Positions 42,388 to 53,634 of a DNA stretch of 64,000 bases are shown piece after piece. How positions within the stretch are numbered: position 1 is the stretch's first letter; each line of letters starts with the position of its first letter. Origin of the DNA: Eledone cirrhosa. Taxonomy: Eukaryota. The notes beneath the pieces were generated by a model. That model did no database searches and was not told where the DNA came from. It worked only from the letters and a program-made list of their open reading frames with translations. Position numbers and translations under genes: made by a program. The DNA is taken from NCBI GenBank assembly GCA_964016885.1, contig OZ024741.1, positions 189,782,001-189,846,000 of the forward strand, in the 5' to 3' direction.

Positions 42388-42611
42388 GAAAATATGTGAA
42401 ATCCTTGGTACAGTTAGGTATATTTAAAGAAAGGGAAAGAATGACTTCACTTGTAGTTCTAAACAATTTAATTTAATTTTATAATATTATAATTTTACAA
42501 TTTGGTTTTGTTGATCTACAAAGCCAAATTGTAAAATTATAATATTATAAAATTAAATTAAATTGTTTAGAACTACAAGTGAAGTCATTCTTTTCCTTTT
42601 TTTAAATATAT
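42388..42611. repeat. (TA)n-flanked AT-rich palindrome (~95-bp arms)
   Basis: aagaatgacttcacttgtagttctaaacaattt...tttggtttt / aaagccaaa...aaattgtttagaactacaagtgaagtcattctt. Confidence 0.85.
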
Positions 42612-43036
42612 ATATACACTTCTTTTTGTCAAATTTGAATTCTCTATCGTTTAACAAAAAGCAAAATACATTTCTGATATTTGGGAAATACCAAAGAGGC
42701 TTTTCTTTTTTTTTGTGTTGTTAGAAGAGTAATTCTAAAAATGTCTTAATCTAATACAGAAATGACATCACCATTATTGAAAAGAGTCCTTTTACATGAT
42801 ATTAGGTCATTCATTAAAAATTAAAAAGTAAAATAGTTGAAATAGGAGGAAAATGGGAATTCCATGAATAGAAGAACCATTCTTCAAAATAATCTGAAAC
42901 TTCTGACAAATGTTTTTTTTTCCCTTTCTTTTTTATTTTATCTTTTATTCTGGCATGATCTAAAAGAATAAGGAATTTGTTTGTTCCTACACTTTAAGAT
43001 ATTCAAAGGTACCAGATATTATTTTTAATGTCTTTA

Positions 43037-43220
43037 GGGCGGTGGAATGGCAGTATCGGTAGAGGGTCGGACACCATCTTTGCAGCAAAGAGTTACGACC
43101 CTTTATGGTCTGAGTTCAAATCCCGCCGAGGTTAACTTTGCCTTTCATCCTTACGGGGTCAATTACCCAGTAATGCACTGGGTAATTGCTGGCCTTGTGC
43201 CAAAAGTAGAAATAATTATT
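43037..43220 (+). mobile_element. SINE family A with TSD
   Basis: attatttttaatgtcttt flanks both ends. Confidence 0.87.
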
Positions 43221-44075
43221 TTTAATGTCTTTCCTTTTTCCCTTTCCCTTTAAAAGAAACCACGAACTGTCCCCTCAACAAAAAATCCGTTTTTTCCAAA
43301 TATTTTATCCTCAGAATTAGAATTTTCTAGAACTTGCTATGTGTGAATTCAAGTCCGACAGGTGATGCTGTGCACTTTTTCCATCCCTAGGGGGCTCAGA
43401 TGCCTAACATGTTAGACTATTTTTTATAGTCAATATCCTAACTTGGAGCTGTGAACTTTATGCGGACATACTTTCAAAATACATATATAAAATATATGTG
43501 TGCACATGTGTGTGTGCACATGTGTGTGTTTGTGCACATGTGTGTGTGTGTTTGTGCACATGTGTGTGTGTGTGTGCACATGTGTGTTTACATTCATGTC
43601 AATCTCTTCTAATTATTGTTGAATTTTCTCAGAATAGTAGACTAAACTTTCAAGCCAACTCTGTTTATATTTTATTATATATAATTATATAATAAGTATT
43701 GTCCTGACTACATTTTATTTATAGTTCTTGATATATAATTACATAATAACCATTGGTCTAACTATATTTTTAAACTCTCAGACATAATTTATTGTTTCAT
43801 ATTTAAAGAACAACAGACAACTTGACATTTGGCACTGAATAATCTTTAGGACAAAGAAGTGGCTGCCAACTAAAATAATCCTGCTGTTTCAACTTGACTT
43901 TTGCAATTATTATCATTGATATTGTTGGTTTTATGATTAGGTTAGTGGTGGGCTGAATCACCAAGGCACCAAAGAAAATGCCTTGCAGAGGATTATCAAC
44001 TGGCAGAATTGATAGAGCATTGAAGAAAATGTCTTAGATATTTCTCTTCTTCATACCATTGGTGACATGAATAAT

Positions 44076-44257
44076 TGTTTCTACTTTTGGCACAAGGCCA
44101 GCAATTTCCCAGTGGTACTTTATTTTATCGACCCCCGTAAGGATGAAAGGCAAAGTTAACCTCGGCGGGATTTGAACTCAGAATGGCAAGGGCCGTAACT
44201 CTCTGCGTCAAAGCATGGCGTCCAACCCTCTACCGATACTGCCAATTCACCGCCTGT
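44076..44257 (-). mobile_element. SINE family A with TSD
   Basis: tgacatgaataat at 44063-44075 and 44258-44270. Confidence 0.88.
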
Positions 44258-44848
44258 TGACATGAATAATGAAAGCTTGCATACAAGGGCAATTGTTTTG
44301 TCTTCCATATGAAAATAAAAGCAAACTTATCTAGGCATATCCCTTGAGAAACTTTCCAGGTGCAAATTCATGGTCTCCAGAAAGGGAATAACATCTTTAA
44401 GCCCATATTTGTAAGGCACATTCATATCTAAACTAAATTTTGATTGATTAAGTGTATGATATATTTTTACCCAGTATGTGATGTGAATTTAGAACCTTTA
44501 TCCCTAAACATAGAATATTAAAATCTTAAGCAGTAGAATAGAGAATAAAGATACTATTGGTCTTTATTTAAAACTAAACATTCCTAGTTTGAATCCAGTC
44601 TTGGACAATATATATATATAGAGCAAACAACACGGACACTCTATCTCAAAATTATTTTTGAAAAGCATTTAGAAATGCGCAACCGGTAAAAACTTAAAAA
44701 TTTAAAACCACAACTGAATACTAACCCATACAATCACTAATACTCTTTTATTCCTAATTAAACCATTTTTCAACTGTGAACAATTTGTCAGCATTTTCTA
44801 TTCCGTTTACCAATATATAATAACTTGTGTGTTACACCTCTATTCTTT

Positions 44849-44887
<39 letters not shown>

Positions 44888-45039
44888 TTGAAGTTGTACA
44901 TATTTGACAAAGGACTTGATTTCAGATCATGTGTTGAAAGTGAAGCATTTATACATACATGCATGCATATACACACATGTATACATGATAAATATATATA
45001 TCCAAACACATACATGCCTGCATATGTTTATATATATAT

Positions 45040-45390
45040 CATCATTTCATCATCATCATTTCATTTTACGTCCGCTTTTTCCCTGCTTGCAAAGGTGGGA
45101 CGGGAACTGATTTTGGCTTGATTTCTACAGCTGGATGCCCTTCCTAACACCAACCTCATTTACAGTGAGTGCTGGGTGCTTTTTTTGCCGTGGCACCTCC
45201 ACGACCACTTTGCAGTGGAATGATAGGGACCCCAGTCCTTATCATCTCATTTCTACAGCTGAGTAAACTGGAGCAATGTGAAATAAAGTGTCTTGCTCAA
45301 GGAAACAACACATCACCCGGTCTGAGAATTGAACTCACAACCTTTCGATTGCAAGGCCAATGCTCTAACCACTAAGCCATGTGCCTCCAT
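45040..45390 (-). mobile_element. SINE family B
   Basis: Full-length reverse complement copy. Confidence 0.88.
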
Positions 45391-45650
45391 ATATATTATG
45401 TATATATACATTTTTTTTATTTGGACTACTTTTTATTTTCTGTATCTATCCTTTGTGATCCGGTCTCTATTTTTGTACTCCTGAAGAAGGGTTAAAGCCC
45501 GACACATCAAACTTTCTTTCCCCTTTTCCATATAAAGCATGAAACTAATAACTCATTTTGTACCTTCTCGAACTATATATATATAGATATACATATAAAG
45601 GCAACATTTGGCCTTTTATAAGTTTATCTTCATTCTATTTAAAATGTTAA

Positions 45651-45896
<246 letters not shown>

Positions 45897-46282
45897 TAAA
45901 TCTGTCATTGGAATAATTTTAAACCCCTTTTATTCCAATTGGTGAATTGGAAGCATTAGGTTATCAAACAAAATACCATTCAGTATCTATTCCCATCCTT
46001 TAAGCTCTGAGTTCATATATGGCCGAGGTCAGCTTTGCTTTTCATTCTTTCAGGGTTGATAAATAAACTACCAATTTAGTGTGGTTGACAATGAACTCCT
46101 TAGAGTGCCAATATTTTGTTGTTTATATTCTGAGTTCAAATCCTACCATCCACCATGGAAATCATTGGAACCTCACCATCTACGCACTCATAGTTAACCA
46201 TGGCTAACATCAGAGTAATCCTTAGTGTTCAACTTGTTGGGAACAGATTATATCTGATAGGAACTCAATCAATGGTGTGCAT

Positions 46283-46648
46283 ATATATAAGGAAAAAAGA
46301 TGAAATCGAAAATGCAACTGGAGTCTTTTTTTTTTTAATATATTTATTTGGTTCCTTTACTGGTTTCGCAGTTCTTGTGCTTTTCAAAAGTAGAGTTGAG
46401 ATGGAGGGTTTGTGGTTTTTCTCAGATGTGAGAACACCCCACCCCCCCTCCACCCCCCACCCCATCTCAATTCTACTTTTGAAAAGCACAAGAACTGCGA
46501 AACCGATAAAGGAACCAAATAAATTTTTTTTTTTTTTTAAAGTCTCCAGTTGCATTTTCGATTTCATCTTTTTTCCTTATACTTTCACTCATGTAGGACA
46601 CCTCGTTTTTCTTTTTTTCATTTTTGTAAAAAAACCTCACTTTCTAAT
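46283..46648 (+). mobile_element. (TA)n-flanked asymmetric palindrome with a hammerhead 3' half
   Basis: Inverted repeat 46283-46580 (~120-bp arms); the arms carry gaaaccgata and gaaaccagta (consensus GAAACCGGTA); right arm extended ~65 bp. Confidence 0.72.
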
Positions 46649-46670
46649 ATATATATATAATCTCTCTCTC

Positions 46671-46701
<31 letters not shown>

Positions 46702-47028
46702 GTTATTAATGGAGATGGTTGATATTAACTCAACGCTCCCCAGCCAACGTCTAGCTCATATAATAAATCTGCCAAGTTGCAGTAATGCCACTGCAACCAG
46801 TAGTTCAGAGTGCACACATTTTAGTTAATAGCAAATATGTTGGCTGTGATTTGTTAGAGATAAAGTTATATATATGTAGTATTTGTATGTGTGTGTATCC
46901 TGACCAGGTGGTGTATTGTGTCCTTGAGCAAGACACTTTATTTTACATTGCTTCAGTCCATGCAGCTGGCAAGGAGTCAGCCTTGTCACACATTGTGTCA
47001 TGTTGAATCTCCCTGAGAACTAGGTTAA

Positions 47029-47246
47029 CCCTTTATCATTTACATTACTCTATATTTACTATTATATTTTCATGGTAAAGGCTTTACCTCATATAATTAT
47101 CTCAGATAATATTGAATCTATGTGATTTTAATATTATTTATTTTGAGAACAATACCTTAACATCAGTGTGAGTGGCCAGTTGCAGCCGGTTTGAACAGAA
47201 AGAGGTGAGAGTATTCTAGATAGATACAGCCAGTTTAAATGCTAAA
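47029..47246. mobile_element. piggyBac-type MITE copy inside an old SINE
   Basis: ttaa|ccctttatcattt ... aaatgctaaa; homologous to 58220-58440. Confidence 0.7.
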
Positions 47247-47431
47247 ACACTTACACATTGATTTCATTAGCAGGCAGTTCTGTTGATTGAATTAACTAAA
47301 GCACTCATCATCGGAAATGATGGGGTCCAACAACAAAATATATTTGGAGAGAAAGAGATAAAGTAGGCAGGCACATTCTGTTTCAGTTAGTTATCACATA
47401 TATATACACACACACTTAATTTTGTTAGTGT

Positions 47432-47509
<78 letters not shown>

Positions 47510-47512
<3 letters not shown>

Positions 47513-47703
47513 GGAAAAGAGTCAGCACCCCAACAGCTGAGCTCCGGCCATTTCAACAGCTATTTCAGAAATAGCTGTTAAAATGGCCGGAGCTCAGCCG
47601 TCGAGGTCCTGACTCTTTTCCTATTACCCACTCTACTACCCATAGTATCGAGTACTCTGGTGCGTTATGCTCCACCTGGATTCTTACCACACTTCCTTCG
47701 TTA
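47510..47703 (+). mobile_element. (TA)n-flanked asymmetric palindrome, GC-rich family
   Basis: Inverted repeat 47510-47623 centred on acagctattt-cag-aaatagctgt; right arm extended ~80 bp. Confidence 0.75.
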
Positions 47704-47704
47704 A

Positions 47705-47751
<47 letters not shown>

Positions 47752-47752
<1 letters not shown>

Positions 47753-50098
47753 TAGCTGGCCCGTCCAGCTGGCGCCCGGCTACCATTGGCGTGTTCTACG
47801 GCATCCAGATATATATAGCTGACGTACCTAGCTTCGCTTGGATAAACAGATGATAAGCCATCTGTGTTGTATAGTATTACTGTTGAAAATATATAGTATA
47901 GTATGACTGTATATAGTATGATAGCTGAACTGAACTGCTGATAGCGCTCTTTGATGAGTACTGTACACGGTTCTAGCCTGAGAAGATACTTTTGAGCAGT
48001 TCCAAAGGGCAAGTGAGTAGGGGCAAACTGATTTTGCCTCCACTGCAGCACATGCCTGGCGCCTCCCTGTCCCACTTGAGAGCTTGACAATGTGGGCAAA
48101 TAGTGTTCATGGATCCAAGTTGAGAAGCGATAGAATAGTCGACGGTGGTGTCATATCGAAAGGCTGAACCGGAGTTTTTTAGGGCATCTCTGACTTGTTG
48201 ACCGGCCGGGTAGGCTTCTCTGATAGGTCCAACTGTCGACCGAAGGTGTTTCTCTCTCACCTGTTGAAAAAGTTAAAAAAAAAATGTTGGTCATTGCAGG
48301 TCCTTGCAAAACTCAGTCCGACCGCTGGTCGTAAAATATTCGACCATCTCCAAATGTCTTGTAATGAAGCGGATCTTTTGGGCCTATATCAATGTTCCCA
48401 ACAATTGTGATACTACTGAAATGATATTTCTTAATAAGTAGCAAAATTATACCTCTGAACTTGGACAGTTTTACCGAATGTCTGTAGAAAAAACTCAAAA
48501 TATTGTGACAAATGAAACTGTTGTATGTCTGATTCATATTCTTTGGTTGAAACACGGCAAATCTATTTACTTTTAAAGGAGATACCTTTGGAAAAGTCCA
48601 TTTTGGAAATCAAATATTTCGTTGTGCCGAAAGATTGGGACTCAAGATACACTGTTAAATGATCAATGGTCGGTTCGACAAAAGTCTAATGTGGAAGCAC
48701 ATGTAGAAGCTTTCTATTGATAGCTGAACTGAACTGCTGATAGCGCTCTTTGATGAGACAATTTATATATACTTACTAGAACAATTAACGTAGAGGTTAA
48801 CATTGTTGACATGATATAAAATCTGTGACAACACTTTGATTACTGTAGGCAAACAAATATTGATGACAGCCCTGTAACAAATTTGCTCAGAATTGTTGTA
48901 CTTATGCCCTCTTAAAAATCGGACTCAGTTTTGTAAGGACCTGTATGGCACACTGATGCTGTAATGCAATGTGGATGCAATCAGCTTGTGAACTGACCTG
49001 CTGGAATCTGGCTTGTTCTTTCTGTGTTGCTCTCCTGCCTACTGCACGGGATCTCAGTTGTTGAAGGTGAGACTGGCACTGCTCTTGAGATTGGGCTGAT
49101 CGAATGGCTCTCGCTTGAGTCCTCATCTGCTGAAGGCGACGTTCATGATCATCTTCAGACTCTGTTGCTCGAGTAAAATTTTTTCTTCTGGAAAATCTGA
49201 TCTTGCGGCCAGGCTGAGACTTTTTGGGTGGCATATTGGCAGTAACAATGACGATAAGCCGTCTTTGCTTTCGTGAAATAAATACGTTTGTTTATATTTT
49301 GTTTTTGTGTATGCAAAAATATCTGTACATGAATATATAATTATATATGTATATATATTAAAATAACATATTAAAGTTTAAGCAAAGAATCATTGCTTTC
49401 ACCCTTAACGGGATCTTCTGAAACTAAAAAAATCAATCTGTGAACGCAGAAGTAAATATTTCGAAAAACGCTGCAACCGAAGGAAAACAGGAAGACGTTA
49501 CTTTGGTTCGTGAAGACGTTCCCTGGCAATGAACGGAAAAAAGCGAAGATAATATGTCAGCAATGAGAACAATATTTGCTCTAGGGTTCTTATATATTTG
49601 ATGTATATTTATCCTTATCGAGCCTTCTTTGGATTTTAGTCTTCACATTTATTATTATTACTAATTATATATATATATAATTAATTATTGAGAGGGTGTG
49701 CGGTATCTTTGCACTGAATTAATTAAAAGTTGGTTAGAAGCGAAGTCAATGCAGACAGGCAGATGTTATAAGTGTGCGACGTTATAGTTATATATCTAAT
49801 GCAGACAGCCAGAGACATATTATAAGGGCACGACGTATCTAACTAAAAAGACAGACTAAGAAAGAGAGAGGAATGTCGTATAACCGGAAGTATTGACATT
49901 TGAAAATTTTAAAGAAGTGAATATTTAAATAAACGATAAAATATCTTTAATCTTTTAACGAAATTTAGAAGACAAAAATACCCTCACTTTCTTACTTGGA
50001 AAAAGTTACATCTATGGTGCAAATTTGGTGCTTTTTGGTCCAGCCATTTATCGAAAAGTCTGTTGCATACATACGGCCGTCAGCTTTATAATATATAA
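47752..50098 (-). mobile_element. Non-autonomous Helitron retaining the N-terminal Rep/helicase fragments
   Basis: Minus-strand 3' end: GC-rich subterminal motif then CTAG|t (47752). 5' end tataaagctgacggccgtatg...ggctggacc...aaatttg is Helitron-like. ORF 48902-49234 has STPR-like ESEDDHERRL repeats; ORF 47973-48260 has AFRYD...CPHCQALKW..E.PGMCCSGGK. Confidence 0.85.
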
Positions 50099-51299
50099 TA
50101 TAACAAAGAAGTGTGGTAAGATAACAGGTGGACCATAAGTTTGGATCTAGCTGTCAAAACTGCCGGAGCTCAGCTGTCGGGGTCCTGACTCTTTCCCTAT
50201 ATATATATATATTTATAAACAGACCGGTTGACCTGTCCAACCCATGCAAACATGGAAAAAACAAATGTAAAAATGATTATATATATATATGTATGTGTGT
50301 GTATATATAAATATATATATAGATATAAATTATAAGTGTGAAGAGCAAATAGATAAAAATATACCTAATTTTTCTCTCTCTCTATATATATATATATATA
50401 AGGATTAGAATACTGGAGCGTGTTTGAGTCAAACACCCTCTTCGTATTATAGAAATGACAGTAAAAGGTATAGCTCAATGCAGTTAAATATATATATATA
50501 TATATTAAAAGGCTGTTATTGCTCCAATCAGTCTACAAACATTCAGCAAACACCCTAAACCAAATGCCAACCTGTACTCATAACTCCTGCCAAACCAAAC
50601 TGTATATATATATATACTATCTCATCTATGGTTAATGCTAGGAAAAGCAATTGGCCTAACATGTATAAAGCTCCTCACACTTATAAACCAAAGAAAATGT
50701 TAAAACAAAAAAGCAAATATATTTTTAAATGCCAATTATTTCATTAAAAAATTTTCATATTCGTTTTCCAATGTCTGATTTCTCACATGAATTTTACAAG
50801 CATTTATAGAATGTTGACTTTCTCTTGATTTCCCTCTGGATATTGATATATTTCATTTGGGTCATTTTTTCCCTTCATTGCCACAAAATATTGCAGTTAA
50901 GATCAAATGCAAAAGGGCTTTATGTTTTTTTATTTATTTTATACTTTAAGATTTTATTATTTACTTGAAACTAGAGGGTGGTGAATTAGCAGAGTTGTTA
51001 GAGCATCAAACAAAATGTATTTGATTTCAGCTGTTTACATTCTGATTTCAAATTCCACTAAGGTCAATGTTGCCTTTCTGGGGTTTATTTAATCAAATTT
51101 GCCCTTCCCCACAAAATGGCTGGCCTTGTTTCTAAAATAGGAATCATTATTTACAAATCCCTCCGAGGTTAACTTTGCCTTTCATCCTTACAGGGTCGAT
51201 ATAATAAAGTACCAGTAATACTGGATAATTGCTGCCCTTGTGCCAAAAGTAGAAATAATTATTTACCCGAAACTGCTTCTGGTTTTATAAATTAAATAT

Positions 51300-51535
51300 T
51301 TAACAATCCATTATAATTTTAACCATTCATTATAATGTAACCATCCATTATAATTTAAATAACATTAATTTAACCCCCATTGTGATTTTACCAACAATTA
51401 TAATTTAATCTTCCATTATAATTTAACTATCCATTATAATTTGTACTATCGATTACAATTTTACCATTCATTGTAATTTTAACATTCTGTTATAATTTAA
51501 CCATCCATCACAATTTTAACTATCCATTATAATTT
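51300..51535. repeat. Degenerate ~20-bp AT-rich tandem repeat
   Basis: Repeated ccattataatttaac-like units. Confidence 0.8.
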
Positions 51536-51685
51536 TGCTAAAGACAAAAATTGGCATTGGCAGGATTTGAACTGAGAATGTAGGTATTTAATGTTGTCCA
51601 TTTAACACATTTTGTTTGGTCTTCTACTAGTCCTTCTATTCTTTGAGCTGATAACAATTTTAATGCATGTTTGTTTCTTTTTCAG

Positions 51686-51760
51686 ATTAAAACATCCGAA
51701 TATAGTTCAGCTTTTGGATGTGTTTGAAGACAAACAGAGAGTGTTCCTAGTTATGGAGCT
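51686..51760 (+). CDS. CaMKI: Next coding exon of CaMKI (subdomains IV-V)
   Basis: Acceptor ttgtttctttttcag|A and donor CT|gtaagt; 75 bp. Splices in frame to the previous exon (AG|A = Arg) and gives LKHPNIVQLLDVFEDKQRVFLVMEL. Confidence 0.95.
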
Positions 51761-52202
51761 GTAAGTTGATCATTTTATTTTTTAACTTAATTAATTAATC
51801 AATGAGGTTGGAGGACCGGCAGAGGTATTAGAGTGTCAGACAAATGCTTTGTAGTATTTAGTTATCACTCTTTATGTTCTGAGTTCAAATCTAGATAAAT
51901 TCAACTTTGCCTTTCATCCTTCTGAGGTCAATAAAGTAAAGGACCAATGAAGTACCGGAGTTCGTGTAATCAACTTTCCCCAACCCCAAAACTGTTAGCC
52001 TTGTGTCTAAATTTGAAACCCTTAGGGTGGTGGATTGGCAGTAATGGTAGAGCATCAGTCAAAATACTTTACAGTATTTAGTTATGACTTTCTACATTCT
52101 GAGTTCAAATCTCACCAAGATCAATTTGCCTTTTGTCCTTACAGAATCAATAGATATTCTGTGTTCAGATCTCACTATGGTCTACTTAAATGGCAGTCTT
52201 AA

Positions 52203-52412
52203 CCCTTTAGCATTTAAGCTGGCCATATTCTTTCACCGTTTTCTGCTTAAACCAGCCATTATCAGCTGCTCATAGCTATGTTAAGGTATTATTCTCAAAA
52301 TAAATAACATCAAAATCTCATAGCTTCAATATTATGTGAGATAATTATGTGAGGCAAAGCCTTTGCTGTGAAAATACAATAGTATATATAGAGTAATGTA
52401 AATGCTAAAGGG
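52203..52412. mobile_element. piggyBac-type MITE
   Basis: ttaa|ccctttagcattt ... aaatgctaaaggg|ttaa. Confidence 0.85.
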
Positions 52413-53299
52413 TTAATCTGTCACCCAATTTAGCACCACCATCTGGCTCTTGGGTGTCTTTAGCAGAGTCCATCCTGTTTCACTTGAGTGATAGATTTAA
52501 TCTGTCTCTTGGTTTATTTTTTAACATCCTGTAATGATTTAGCAGAAAATATCTGAAAAGGGGTTTGTTAATTCAAATGTTTGCAGTTAACTAAATACTT
52601 GCCTTTCATGCTTTCAGGATTGATTAAAATAAAATACTAGTCAAGTACTGGGATCAATATAATCAACTTTCCCTTTTCCCACAAATTGCAGGCCTTGGGC
52701 CAAAACCAGAAACCATTATTAGCGTCAAACACCCTGCTTCGCGGCAGAGAGTTACAACCCTTTACATTCTGATTTTACAAATCATGCCGAGGTTAGTTTT
52801 ACCTTTCATCCTTACGGGGTCGATAAAATAAAGTACCAGTCAAGTACTGGGGTCAATATAATCAACTTTCCCTTTTCCCACAAATTGCAGGCCTTGTGCC
52901 AATGCCAGAAACCATTATTATATTGGGGTGAGGTGGAGTAGTAAATTAAATATCTCACTTGGTTTAACATTTCCCCACCTGGTATTTAAGTAGCTTTAGT
53001 TTGGTTATTAGGTCTAATATGCCACCTTTTTTAATTAACCCCCATCACCTGGTCTATTGGTGTCTTTAATCAAAGGTCACTCTGTTGTAATCATTTAGAT
53101 TAGGTCACCCACTTCCTTCCCCCCTCCTCAGTTCTTCTACAGTCTTTGACTGCCAGATCTTTTGCCTGAATATCAACCACATCAATATTACTCATTTAGA
53201 GGAAAACCTACAAAGGTCATAAATGAAGTTCTCTTCTCCTCTAAATAATTTTTTCACTCTTGTTGAAATAAAGAGCCAACAAATCTATATATGTGTGCG

Positions 53300-53364
<65 letters not shown>

Positions 53365-53634
53365 CATTTGTATTTGCCATTTCTTGCACAGGTGGTGACT
53401 TGTGTGTGTATATAAATATATATATATATTGTGTTAGGTAATTTCGAAGGAAAAGCAAAGGAAAAAAGAGTGCTCTATGTATAGAACAGAGCTATTTAAT
53501 TAGAAAGGGAACAACACAAAATCTAACTACTCCATTACCAAAGGTTTCTGGACAATATTAATATACGTCTGGATCGTGTACATGTATATATATATATATA
53601 TGTACACGATCCAGACGTATATTAGTATGCATAT

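Larger units (their letters stand above)
50975..52920 (+). mobile_element. Cluster of older SINE A-related copies on both sides of the second CaMKI exon
   Basis: Repeated ttctgagttcaaat...tttgcctttcatcct...ggccttgtg..aaa motifs at ~50975-51260, 51810-52150 and 52560-52920. Confidence 0.65.

Noticed and set aside
46200-46691. 163-aa ORF next to the CaMKI exon
   Set aside because: It is a read-through of the palindromic insert with no kinase similarity.
53380-53420. Possible CaMKI 'VTGGELF' exon (tgcacaggtggtgacttg = CTGGDL)
   Set aside because: Similarity does not extend to FDRIV; it runs into microsatellite and has no fitting splice sites.
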